A stretch of DNA of 32,000 nt from a candidate division TM6 bacterium GW2011_GWF2_28_16 (GCA_000989185.1 LBNX01000001.1:185554-217553); one strand, 5' to 3'; counted from the stretch's first letter, positions 17,074 through 26,670 are shown. Notes: generated by a model from the letters alone, not told the origin. Numbers and translations are program-made.

Positions 17074-18441
17074 ATGAAAAAATCAAAAAAATTATTTTAT
17101 TTAATTCTTTTAACACTTACTTTTTCAAACTTGGAAGCAGGTAAAAAAAAATTTGCGTTTAGCTATAGAGAAGCAACAAGAAAAGAACAAAAACAATTTT
17201 CTAGAGAAATTAAAAAGCATCTTAGAAAAATGGATAAAAAAATAAAAATCCTGCCAAAAGAGATTCATATATTAGAAAACTTACAATTAAAAGGTTTTGG
17301 TAGAATATTTTTGCCTAAATTAAATTTTAATAAAAAACAAACCCTAACAATCTTAATCTTATTTATGCTTTTGTTTACGCAAGTTTCTGCAGATATAAAT
17401 TATGTTAAACAAGGCAACAAATGGCCTGATAAAGTCAAATTAACAAAACAAAAAGAGCTTGATCAAATAAAAGGTTATAAATTTTGTAATACCGTAACCC
17501 TAGGCTATAAAAAAAAATTAGACATATGTACTGTCATAACAAACGATTATAACGTAAAAATTTGTGCTACAGAGCCCCTAAGATGTATAGATGTTAACTT
17601 TAAAAACGGGATAGATGGCGGCCTTAAAAGTGAAATCGATAAATATAGAGGGTTTGCTCCAGATTTAGATTATAGAGTTGCTCAAGAGGTAAGTGATTTA
17701 GTTCACGGAAGAAGCGATTTTGGAAATAAAACTTTGTGTATGAAAATAGACGATCAACCTTTATCTTTATACGAAATTAACAAGGACGATACTCCAGTCC
17801 TTTATAAAGAAATAGAAGAAATAAAAAAATTTGTTAACTTGAATGAAACTGGTTCAAAATATGAAAAATCTTTTTGGTTAGCAAGGAGAGCTGATGATAA
17901 ACCATGGGTCGGCTCTGATGCATTGGTACAAACAGAATGCTATTTAGATAAATGTTACAATGATATCGTTTTTTCTATAGAGAGCTTATATTTTGCAAAT
18001 AATAACTATTATTTTACTCATATGGCTGGGCATGAAATTGCTCATTTATTACAATCTTGTTGTGGCGGTCAAGATCAAATAGACGATAATAATGAAATGA
18101 TTTCAGATATCATTGCTGACATGTTTTTACTACTATACAAACGAAGCGATATTGTCTCTGGCTTAGTAACAACACCAAACTATGATACTTTTTTTAAACA
18201 AATTGAACCTAATTTTGAAGTGTTTCTAGACGATCCTTACGCATATTCAGATGAATTACGCCAGTGTGGATATAATCATCCAGACTACGTAACACGCGCA
18301 ATAGTTCGATTAATTATTCGCAGTCAAAGCGTTAAAGCAATAAAATTACTGCTTGAAACGCAACAAAAATATCTTAAATTTTATAAATTTGAAGAAGAAT
18401 ATGAAGATTCTTACGTAGAAAAAATTAAAGATGAATTATAA
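17074..18441 (+). CDS. Orphan exported protein with an HExxH zinc-metallopeptidase motif
   Basis: 455 aa. The N-terminal signal is [17 protein letters not shown] second hydrophobic segment reads [17 protein letters not shown]. The motif is [12 protein letters not shown]. It contains many Cys residues. Confidence 0.55.
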   Translation: MKKSKKLFYLILLTLTFSNLEAGKKKFAFSYREATRKEQKQFSREIKKHLRKMDKKIKILPKEIHILENLQLKGFGRIFLPKLNFNKKQTLTILILFMLLFTQVSADINYVKQGNKWPDKVKLTKQKELDQIKGYKFCNTVTLGYKKKLDICTVITNDYNVKICATEPLRCIDVNFKNGIDGGLKSEIDKYRGFAPDLDYRVAQEVSDLVHGRSDFGNKTLCMKIDDQPLSLYEINKDDTPVLYKEIEEIKKFVNLNETGSKYEKSFWLARRADDKPWVGSDALVQTECYLDKCYNDIVFSIESLYFANNNYYFTHMAGHEIAHLLQSCCGGQDQIDDNNEMISDIIADMFLLLYKRSDIVSGLVTTPNYDTFFKQIEPNFEVFLDDPYAYSDELRQCGYNHPDYVTRAIVRLIIRSQSVKAIKLLLETQQKYLKFYKFEEEYEDSYVEKIKDEL

Positions 18442-18502
18442 AAAATAATCAACTTCTAAACAAAACATAAATCTTGTAAATTTCATTCAATAAAATGTTT
18501 TT

Positions 18503-19231
18503 TTAGCTAACAAAATATCCTTTTTTAATTAAAAAGCCTTTTAATACTTCAGATCGTTTTTTAAAAAGATCAATGTTAAATTTTTCATATTTATTAATTA
18601 AAAGCTTTGCTTCATTTACAGCAAAACCATTATTAATTAAAACCTCAAATAAGGCTAAAGAAATGCACGGCACATCTTTGTCTTCTTCTTGTGCTCTATT
18701 TTTTAATGGTTTATCTTGTGAAGTATTAGCATGATCACAATTTAATCCCCAAGTTTTAGCAATTGCTAATAAAAAAAATTTATATGGGAATAAAGCTATG
18801 TTGAATATATCTGAAAAACTAATAAAAATTTCTGTAAAATTATCGTTAGCTATAACTATAGCATCTTGAACACCTAATTTATGTTCTATTAAAAACTTAA
18901 ATAATTCAAATCCATCTTTAGTGTATTTAACCTTCTTTTTGGCTATATCAATAATTTCTTGAGTTTTTATTCCATTAACAGCCAAAGCCTTGAGTAACCT
19001 TAAAGATTCTTGTCTTATTTGTAGATTATCGCTTTCAAAACCAGCTATACCAGCTCTAATCGCTCTTTTATGCTGATCTACAAAAAAACGTTTTCTTTTT
19101 AATTTTTTAGATTCAGCCCTGTTAGCAAAACGATTTAATCTTTTTAATGTAACAGAATACAAACCGGAAGTTTGCATCAAAAAACAACTAGATAATAAAG
19201 TAATAACTATTTTTTTTCTTAATGTATTCAT
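18503..19231 (-). CDS. Orphan exported alpha-helical protein
   Basis: The ATG at 19231 follows a GAGG RBS; the ORF track starts at the TTG at 19246. The signal peptide is IVITLLSSCFLMQTSG. It lies 20 nt downstream of the sialidase-like gene. Confidence 0.5.
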   Translation of the reverse strand: MNTLRKKIVITLLSSCFLMQTSGLYSVTLKRLNRFANRAESKKLKRKRFFVDQHKRAIRAGIAGFESDNLQIRQESLRLLKALAVNGIKTQEIIDIAKKKVKYTKDGFELFKFLIEHKLGVQDAIVIANDNFTEIFISFSDIFNIALFPYKFFLLAIAKTWGLNCDHANTSQDKPLKNRAQEEDKDVPCISLALFEVLINNGFAVNEAKLLINKYEKFNIDLFKKRSEVLKGFLIKKGYFVS

Positions 19232-19251
19232 ACAAAATAACCTCAATATTA

Positions 19252-20499
19252 TTAATTCAGTCTTTGCGGATCCAAAACCACATGTTTTATTCTGTTTTCA
19301 TTTCCACATTTGTCAAAAGTATATACGACATGAACTAATCCATCATCCGCTTGAATAATAGATGGATAACAATTTTGTTTTCCATCTTTAGCAAAAGTAT
19401 CTTCCAAAACTAAAATAGTTCTCCAACTAACTCCCTGATCTTTACTTATGTCTAAAACAAGCTTACTACGATCTCCTCGTTGCTTATTCTTTATCCCATA
19501 TGGAAGATCATTGCGCACAATTAAAATATCACCATTTTTTAAACGCACAGAATCCAAACCAGAACCACAGCTACCGCCGGCATTAATTAAAGATTCTTCC
19601 TGCTTTACAGGAGTCCAAGTTCTACCATAATCTTTTGAAACAGAAGAAACAAGATACCTTGTTGCTTTTCCACGACAAACAATCTTAATATTATTATTTT
19701 CTCTCGCATTTTTCCCCATAAAAAAAACTGTTGGCTGGATAATGCCAGTGCGATTCAAAAATGCAAATCTAGAAGTTTTTTTATCTTTTCTTATTCTATT
19801 ATGGCCAACAATATTATGTGGTGTATCTATTCTTTTAGAAATTTCAATAAAAGATATCCTTGATGAATTAGGATAAAAATTAAATCTTTCCATATGAACT
19901 TGCCAATTAACTAAGCCTTCGTCAGACGAACCACATAAAATAGAATTATTATTCAAACGAATGGGCTTGCATCTAGTCGGTCCAACCGCTCCACCATATC
20001 TAGATAAATCTTCGGCTTCAGACCAAGTCATGCCACCATCAAAAGACCTTTTCAAATAACCCTTCCAAGATGTTGGACGCTTACCAACCTTAAAGAATAA
20101 CATCGTAGTTTTTTCATCAAATTTGAATAAAACAGGGTTATAACAAGGCTTATTTCTACACCCTGGTATTTCATCCGAATTAGCAACAACAAAAGGTTTT
20201 TCCCAATTCCACTTATCATTAACATCTCTATATCCATGAGATAGCCAAATTTTAACATCAGGTTGCCCCTCATCTGTTCCTCCAAAATATGCCGCAATCA
20301 CATGATCTTTAGATATTTCTGAAATTGTTGAAGCGTGAACCCTTTTATGGGTTTGGGGATATAAAATAACAGGTAATAATTGTGTTGATAAAACCACATT
20401 TTTATTAAATACAACGTTTGAAAAAACAACAGGAAAAACCAGGCCTACAAAAACAATATAAAACATTGCAATTTTTGTCTTATTTTTTGATAAAAACAT
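19252..20499 (-). CDS. BNR/Asp-box repeat protein, exo-alpha-sialidase-like (BNR_2-type beta-propeller), exported
   Basis: 415 aa with a GGAGG RBS and a signal/TM segment. The three Asp-boxes are SFDGGMTW, SKDYGRTW and SKDQGVSW. The N-terminal HASTISE...YFGGTDEGQPDVKIW block is typical of this family. Confidence 0.75.
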   Translation of the reverse strand: MFLSKNKTKIAMFYIVFVGLVFPVVFSNVVFNKNVVLSTQLLPVILYPQTHKRVHASTISEISKDHVIAAYFGGTDEGQPDVKIWLSHGYRDVNDKWNWEKPFVVANSDEIPGCRNKPCYNPVLFKFDEKTTMLFFKVGKRPTSWKGYLKRSFDGGMTWSEAEDLSRYGGAVGPTRCKPIRLNNNSILCGSSDEGLVNWQVHMERFNFYPNSSRISFIEISKRIDTPHNIVGHNRIRKDKKTSRFAFLNRTGIIQPTVFFMGKNARENNNIKIVCRGKATRYLVSSVSKDYGRTWTPVKQEESLINAGGSCGSGLDSVRLKNGDILIVRNDLPYGIKNKQRGDRSKLVLDISKDQGVSWRTILVLEDTFAKDGKQNCYPSIIQADDGLVHVVYTFDKCGNENRIKHVVLDPQRLN

Positions 20500-20592
20500 A
20501 AAACCTCCATTAAAGAATTTTAATATAACTCAACCATTTAATACTATAATTTTACCAAAGGTATAACCTTGCAACAAAGGCCACAAATTGAA

Positions 20593-20618
20593 AAAGTGCC
20601 GCTTTATCTCGGCACTTT
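20593..20618 (-). terminator. Rho-independent terminator after gene 20645-21430
   Basis: aaagtgccg (20593-20601) pairs with cggcacttt (20610-20618). A U-run follows on the minus strand. Confidence 0.7.
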
Positions 20619-20644
20619 TATTTTCGAATTGTAATCTTAAAACA

Positions 20645-21430
20645 TTACTTTCTTTTCATTTTATCTTTTTCTTTTTTTTCATCTTCTGGATCAACCCAAA
20701 GTGTTACTTGCTGACCATCTCCTTGAATAATTATTCTTTTTGCCACAAGTATTACATCATCGTGCCAATCTTCTCGATCTTTAATCACGCTCTCCCATCT
20801 GTTCCATGCATCTAAAAACTTCTTTGCTCCTGGCTTATTCGATAATTTATCTGTATTTACAAACACATCTGCAACAGGCTCCGTCTTTTTTTTAACCCAA
20901 TTACCAAAAGCATCTAATTTTTTAATAACTTTTTCTTTATTTTCCATATAAAAATGGCTCATGCCTATAAACTTTTTAAAAAAGCCCAGCTCTGATGCTA
21001 TAAATGCTAAAATTACAGCTAAAATAACGTACTTTTTTTTAACCCCTACACTTTTATTTATTTTAGAATTTACACTTTGCAAAAGTGCTGTAAGCGTTCG
21101 CGTCATTTCTGTTTGATAAGCAAGCATTTCTTGAGTTTGGCCATTATTCGAATTACTTAAACTATTATCTCCATAAAAGGACTTAAATTTTAAATTTACA
21201 TTTTTTTGTAAATTTGCCTGTAAATCTTTAAAAATTATAGAAAAAAAAGCTAACCTATTAGCGTCAGTTTGTTCTAAGCCAAAGGTTTTGAGCTGTTCAT
21301 CAAGAATCTCTTTAAGATTAAGTTCTTTATTGATTTTTTGATAAACTATTTGTTCAAAAGTATCTTTGGTAAATAAATGTGTAAAAAAACAAGAATTAAC
21401 AAATAATAACAATAAAAATAGATATTTCAT
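20645..21430 (-). CDS. Orphan exported protein with one internal TM helix
   Basis: I prefer the ATG at 21430; the track uses the GTG at 21436. The signal peptide is MKYLFLLLLFVNSCFF, the TM helix is YVILAVILAFIASELGFF, and the C-terminus is Lys/Glu-rich. Confidence 0.5.
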   Translation of the reverse strand: MKYLFLLLLFVNSCFFTHLFTKDTFEQIVYQKINKELNLKEILDEQLKTFGLEQTDANRLAFFSIIFKDLQANLQKNVNLKFKSFYGDNSLSNSNNGQTQEMLAYQTEMTRTLTALLQSVNSKINKSVGVKKKYVILAVILAFIASELGFFKKFIGMSHFYMENKEKVIKKLDAFGNWVKKKTEPVADVFVNTDKLSNKPGAKKFLDAWNRWESVIKDREDWHDDVILVAKRIIIQGDGQQVTLWVDPEDEKKEKDKMKRK

Positions 21431-21604
21431 GCCCACCCCTTCCCCAAATAAACTTTTAATTTTTATTATTATCGAGTATTTAAAAACTAAAAATCAAGCC
21501 TAAGTTTATTTCAATCTGAAACAAGCCTTAGGCCTTTGTTTTTTAAAGCTCTTTAAAATATACTTATTAAGTAATTTTAGTTATTAAACTTTGGGGTGGG
21601 AAAT

Positions 21605-22195
21605 ATGAAAAAAATTCTTTTAGTTTTTTTATTTTGTATAAATTTAACAAATCAAACTTTTGCAGATGATACATCTTGTTTAAATAGAATAAAAAATAAG
21701 TTCAATACTCTTTTTAATAAAAAAAACGAACAATTAATAGGCAAATATCTTAATTCTCACATAGCTTCCAAAGATCTTAATTTAGACGAAATTAAAACTT
21801 TTATAGAAAAAAATAAAGAATCTATAAATATAAAATATAATGACTCGTACCCATTAGAAATTGTTCTTGATAGAGATGAAGATCAAGAACAAGATAAAAC
21901 TTTTGAAATAGTAAAAATTCTTTTAGAAAATGGTGCCAATATAAATTTAGAGTATAATTGCGACAATGAAGAGCTACCCCTAATTTTTGATTTTTTATAT
22001 CTAATAACTGATTATAGCTTTTATGATTACATGATTTTATTTATAAAACACGGCCTAATTATAAATAACGAATTAATAGAAAGAATTATTTATCATAAAC
22101 AATTTGCAAAAACTGAAGAACAAAAAAAAGAATTTGATCGTGTATTAAAATTAACAGATTTAGTGTTAAACTTAAATTCAGAAAAAAATTTTTAA
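21605..22195 (+). CDS. Exported ankyrin-repeat-like protein
   Basis: I prefer the ATG at 21605; the track uses the GTG at 21596. The signal peptide is MKKILLVFLFCINLTNQTFA. The ANK-like segment is PLEIVL...EIVKILLENGANINLEYN. Confidence 0.5.
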   Translation: MKKILLVFLFCINLTNQTFADDTSCLNRIKNKFNTLFNKKNEQLIGKYLNSHIASKDLNLDEIKTFIEKNKESINIKYNDSYPLEIVLDRDEDQEQDKTFEIVKILLENGANINLEYNCDNEELPLIFDFLYLITDYSFYDYMILFIKHGLIINNELIERIIYHKQFAKTEEQKKEFDRVLKLTDLVLNLNSEKNF

Positions 22196-22218
22196 CTTTT
22201 TGAATTGGAAAATTTAAC

Positions 22219-22791
22219 ATGAAAAAAGAAATCTATTTTGTTACAGGTAACTCTGGCAAATTTAAAGAAATGAAAACATACATAGAAAACAATGTTCCGG
22301 AAATAGAATTAAAGCAATTCAAAGCTGATATTCCAGAAATACAATCTATGGATCAAAAAGAGATTTGCATAGATAAGGCTTTAAAAGCCTGGGAATTATT
22401 AAAAAAGCCTTTAATAGTTGACGATAGTGCAATTTATTATGAAAAATATAATAACTTCCCTGGTACTATGACCAAATATATTTATCAAGGTTTAGGCTTT
22501 GATGGAATTAAAAAATTAATAGAAACAGGCGATAAAGCCTATTTTACATTGCAAATTACCTATATCGAAAACCCAGAAAAAATACATGTTTTTGAAGGTA
22601 AAACAGAAGGCACCATAAAAAGACACGAAACATTTGCTGGTGATCCAAGTTTGCCGCATGCATACATGTTTGTGCCAAATGGCAGTAATAAGCTTTACGA
22701 AGAGCTTAGAAATACCAAAGAAGGTGAGCCATTTATGCACAGAATTAAAGCATTAAAAGCCTTTGTTTTGTGGTATGAAAATCAAAAATAA
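22219..22791 (+). CDS. rdgB: Non-canonical purine NTP pyrophosphatase (HAM1/RdgB/ITPase family)
   Basis: 190 aa. The motifs present are IYFVTGNSGKFKE, DDSAI, FPG and HR..A. Confidence 0.75.
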   Translation: MKKEIYFVTGNSGKFKEMKTYIENNVPEIELKQFKADIPEIQSMDQKEICIDKALKAWELLKKPLIVDDSAIYYEKYNNFPGTMTKYIYQGLGFDGIKKLIETGDKAYFTLQITYIENPEKIHVFEGKTEGTIKRHETFAGDPSLPHAYMFVPNGSNKLYEELRNTKEGEPFMHRIKALKAFVLWYENQK

Positions 22792-22917
22792 GACAAAAAG
22801 CTCATTTTTACCTTTAAAAATCAATAAAAAATGGCATTTTTCTAATTGTATTTTTTATATTAAATTTATTATGTTAATAAAATATAAAATAAATAGTTCA
22901 CTTTTTATGGGAAAGCC

Positions 22918-24132
22918 ATGAATAAATTTAAAAAAATTAAAAAAATTTTAGCTGTTTTTGCAATTACATTTGTAATGCAAAATTTTACCTTGGCTTTAAT
23001 GCCACCAAAAAGAGAGCGATCCCAGCAAAAACCAACATTAACCTACGCCTTAGACATGTATATTGCAAGCTTACTTAACAAATTAGATGAATCTGAAAAC
23101 CAAGATCCTACAGAAATAAAAACAATTTTAGAGAATATAGTTACAAGTAATCAAATCTTAGATGCCGATAAAAAAATTTTTACTAAATTTTTGAAAAAAA
23201 ATAATTTTTCTCAAGAATCATTAACAATATTAAAAGAGATTGTACAAAAAATAAATAAAAATTTAACAGAAAAAAAAGATTCGATGGGGGAGTCTATGAA
23301 AGATTCTTTCGGTAAAAAATCATTCAAAGAAAATTCTAAATTAACACTACCAGAGCAACGTATAAAAAATAAAGAAACAGGCATGCTACAGGAATTATTA
23401 ATTGAATCAGGATATTTTGAATATTCACGTTTTTTAATTGATTATTTAAATATTAATAACGAGTTAGAAGAATTATTAAATAACCAACCAGATAACAGAA
23501 AACAATTAAATAAATGGTTAAAAGAAAATGCATATTTAATTGCACAAAAAACTGAAGCTCTTAAAAAATTAAAAGAAGATATAGAAAAATATCTAGAATT
23601 ATATAAGTTCGTAACAACTCAAGAAATAACAACTGTACAACAAAATGAAGCCTATAGAATGGTAGCAAATAGCGAACAGAGTATCCTTTTTATATCTAAA
23701 CAAATAAATAAAAACGAAAATGACATTGAATACATTCAGTCAGCATTAGAAACTATTGAATACCATAAAAGCTGTGCATTAAAATCTTTAGCTGCAGATC
23801 TTATTAAAGAAGACTGGGCAACAGTTACTTTGCCTGATTTAATAAAAGACACTATAAAATTAATTCGCATATTTTATCAAATAAAATGTAAAATTAATCC
23901 AGATTTTACATGCAATATATCTCTTGATAAAGAAGAAATAAATAAAATAATGGGTATAGATCAAGATATAAATGAAAAAATTATTTGGAATAATCTAATA
24001 GATAAAGAATTTCTAGGACATATTTTTGATAAAATACTAAAAGACAACAATAGCGATACTGTTAAAAAAATAATAACAGGCTTACAAAACAAATTTAAAT
24101 TAAAAGGTTTTAAAGCTTATTGCTTACTCTAA
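22918..24132 (+). CDS. Orphan exported alpha-helical protein
   Basis: 404 aa. The signal peptide is ILAVFAITFVMQNFTLA. I recognise no motif. Its 3-prime end overlaps uvrA by 9 nt in convergent orientation. Confidence 0.5.
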   Translation: MNKFKKIKKILAVFAITFVMQNFTLALMPPKRERSQQKPTLTYALDMYIASLLNKLDESENQDPTEIKTILENIVTSNQILDADKKIFTKFLKKNNFSQESLTILKEIVQKINKNLTEKKDSMGESMKDSFGKKSFKENSKLTLPEQRIKNKETGMLQELLIESGYFEYSRFLIDYLNINNELEELLNNQPDNRKQLNKWLKENAYLIAQKTEALKKLKEDIEKYLELYKFVTTQEITTVQQNEAYRMVANSEQSILFISKQINKNENDIEYIQSALETIEYHKSCALKSLAADLIKEDWATVTLPDLIKDTIKLIRIFYQIKCKINPDFTCNISLDKEEINKIMGIDQDINEKIIWNNLIDKEFLGHIFDKILKDNNSDTVKKIITGLQNKFKLKGFKAYCLL

Positions 24133-26670
24133 ATAATCTTTAAGATATTTAGCTGTAAAGCCATTTTTATTTTCTACAACATCTTCTGGTGTACCAAACG
24201 CAACAATTTGTCCGCCATCATTGCCACCTTCTGGCCCAATATCAATTAAATAATCAACAGATTTTAAAACATCAAGATTATGTTCAATAACAAGAACAGT
24301 ATTGCCTCTGTCTACAAGTTTATTTAAAACTAACAATAATCTTTCGACATCTGAACTATGCAACCCTGTTGTAGGTTCATCTAAAATATAAAAAGTTTTT
24401 GTGCCACGTTTGGCAAGTTCATTTACAAGCTTGATACGTTGAGCTTCACCACCAGAAAGTGTTGTACTAGATTGACCAAGTTTTATATAATCTAAACCAA
24501 CTTCTTTTAATAATTCTAAACGCTTATTAATTCTTGGAAAAGTTTTAAAAAATTCTAACGCTTCTAGCACAGACATGTCTAAAATTTGCGCTATATTTTT
24601 ATCTTTAAATTTAATTTCTAGTGTTTGCTGATTATAACGTTGCCCTTTACAAGTTTTGCATTTAACTACAACATCTTCTAAAAAATGCATAGGTATTTTT
24701 AAAAACCCATCGCCATCACATTCAAAGCAACGACCATCTTTAACATTAAAACTAAAGCGCCCTACTTTATAACCTCGCGCATTACTTTCGGGTAAATTTG
24801 CAAAAACTTCTCTAATTTCATCAAATATACCCAAATATGTTGCCGGATTAGATCTTGGCGTCCTGCCAATAGGGCTTTGATCAACCATAACCATATTTTC
24901 TATATTTTCTATACCAGTAATTTCGTCCATGTATGGACTTACAGCAACACCGTTAGAAAATAAATTCTTTAATGCAGGTGCAAGCGAATGTATAACTAAA
25001 CTACTTTTACCAGAACCAGAAACGCCAGATACAGCACCAAAAACACCAACAGGAATATCAACAGTAATATTTTTTAAATTATTAGCAGTAACATTTTTTA
25101 AATTTAAAAAACTTTTGGGCTCTCGTCTTTTTTTGGGAACAATAATTTTTCGTTCACCCGAAATATATTTACCAGTAAGTGAATTTTTATTTTGTGCTAC
25201 CTGCGTTGGTGTGCCACAAGCTGTAACCTGCCCACCCAAAACACCTGCCTCGGGCCCCATATCTATTAAATAATCAGCAGAAAGTATAGTATCCATATCA
25301 TGTTCTACAACTAATACTGTATTTCCCTGATCTCGCAAAGATTTTAATGTTTCGATTAATTTATTATTGTCTCTTTGATGTAAGCCAATACTTGGTTCAT
25401 CTAAAATATAAATAACACCACTCAAACTTGAACCAATTTGTGTTGCAAGCCTAATTCGCTGGCCTTCACCACCAGAAAGTGTTCTGGCTGTTCTACCTAA
25501 TGTTAAATACGAAAGACCAACATCGTTTAAAAATTTTAATCTAGAAATAATTTCTTTTAATAAAGGCGCTGCAATTTCTTTTTGTTCTTCAGTTAAATTT
25601 AAATTTTTAAAAAAGCTTAAACAATCTTTTATAGACAAAAGCGTTAGATCATAAATATTTTTATTATCTATTTTTACAGATAATGCATCGTCATTTAGAC
25701 GTTTTCCATTACAGTAAGTACATTTTAATTCTGTAGCATATTTTCCAAAATGATCCGGGTATCTTGTTTTCCAATAACCTTCTTCGCCCTCTTGCCAAGG
25801 CCATTCTTGAATAAAGCCAAGCCCATGACAATTTTTACAAGCACCAATAGGTGAATTAAACGAAAACAATCTAGGTTCAAGTTCCGGAAAAGAGCGTACG
25901 CAATCTATGCAAATTCGCATAGAAGAAAAATGTTCTATTTTATTATCTTGTGATATTACAGAGCAAAGCCCATTATTTAAAACAAAAGCTTTTTCTATGG
26001 CTTCTTGTAATCTTTGCGATTCTTGTGCAACTACAGATAAATTATCTACTAAAATACTTATACTGTGCTGATATTGCTTATGTAATTTAATATTATCTAT
26101 CTCACTTGAATTTCTAATTCTATAAGTTTTACCATCTATTAAAAAGCGATAAAAACCAAGATCAAAATATTTTTTTAGATCTTTTGTAAATTCACCCTTT
26201 TTTTCTACAGCTACAGGAGCTGCAATAATTATATTTTGATTTAAAAATTTTGTTAATAATAATTTAGTAATTTTTTCTGGAGACTCAGCTTTTATGGGCT
26301 TTTCACATTCTGGACAATATGGTTGGCCAATACGAGCAAATAACACTCTAAAATAGTCATAAATTTCTGTTATCGTGCCAACAGTAGACCTTGGATTATA
26401 ACCAACAGTTTTTTGGTCTATTGCAATAGCCGGACATAAACCATCTATTTTTTCGACATCTGGTCTTTTGCTTACACCCAAAAATTGGCGTGCATAAGAT
26501 GATAAAGATTCAACATAGCGTCTTTTGCCTTCGGCATATACTGTGTCTAAAGCCAAAGAACTTTTACCAGACCCTGAAGGACCTGTTATTACCACAAATT
26601 TATTTTTGGGTATTTCTACGTTTATAGATTTTAAATTGTGCTCTTTTGCACCAAAAACTTTTATTTTCAT
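24124..26670 (-). CDS. uvrA: Excinuclease ABC subunit A with a drastically shortened insertion domain
   Basis: The N-terminus MKIKVFGAKEHNLKSINVEIPKNKFVVITGPSGSGKSSLA aligns with the canonical UvrA start; an alternative ATG lies at 26700. It has two ABC modules (GPSGSGKSS and GVSGSGKSS; LSGGEGQR and LSGGEAQR) and CxxC zinc modules. Confidence 0.92.
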   Translation of the reverse strand: MKIKVFGAKEHNLKSINVEIPKNKFVVITGPSGSGKSSLALDTVYAEGKRRYVESLSSYARQFLGVSKRPDVEKIDGLCPAIAIDQKTVGYNPRSTVGTITEIYDYFRVLFARIGQPYCPECEKPIKAESPEKITKLLLTKFLNQNIIIAAPVAVEKKGEFTKDLKKYFDLGFYRFLIDGKTYRIRNSSEIDNIKLHKQYQHSISILVDNLSVVAQESQRLQEAIEKAFVLNNGLCSVISQDNKIEHFSSMRICIDCVRSFPELEPRLFSFNSPIGACKNCHGLGFIQEWPWQEGEEGYWKTRYPDHFGKYATELKCTYCNGKRLNDDALSVKIDNKNIYDLTLLSIKDCLSFFKNLNLTEEQKEIAAPLLKEIISRLKFLNDVGLSYLTLGRTARTLSGGEGQRIRLATQIGSSLSGVIYILDEPSIGLHQRDNNKLIETLKSLRDQGNTVLVVEHDMDTILSADYLIDMGPEAGVLGGQVTACGTPTQVAQNKNSLTGKYISGERKIIVPKKRREPKSFLNLKNVTANNLKNITVDIPVGVFGAVSGVSGSGKSSLVIHSLAPALKNLFSNGVAVSPYMDEITGIENIENMVMVDQSPIGRTPRSNPATYLGIFDEIREVFANLPESNARGYKVGRFSFNVKDGRCFECDGDGFLKIPMHFLEDVVVKCKTCKGQRYNQQTLEIKFKDKNIAQILDMSVLEALEFFKTFPRINKRLELLKEVGLDYIKLGQSSTTLSGGEAQRIKLVNELAKRGTKTFYILDEPTTGLHSSDVERLLLVLNKLVDRGNTVLVIEHNLDVLKSVDYLIDIGPEGGNDGGQIVAFGTPEDVVENKNGFTAKYLKDYLE

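Noticed and set aside
21519-21541. Imperfect hairpin aaacaagcc-tta-ggcctttgttt followed by a T-run in the divergent 21431-21604 intergenic region
   Set aside because: The stem needs a bulge, and no upstream gene reads into it, so a terminator role makes no sense. It could be a small regulatory element, but the evidence is insufficient.
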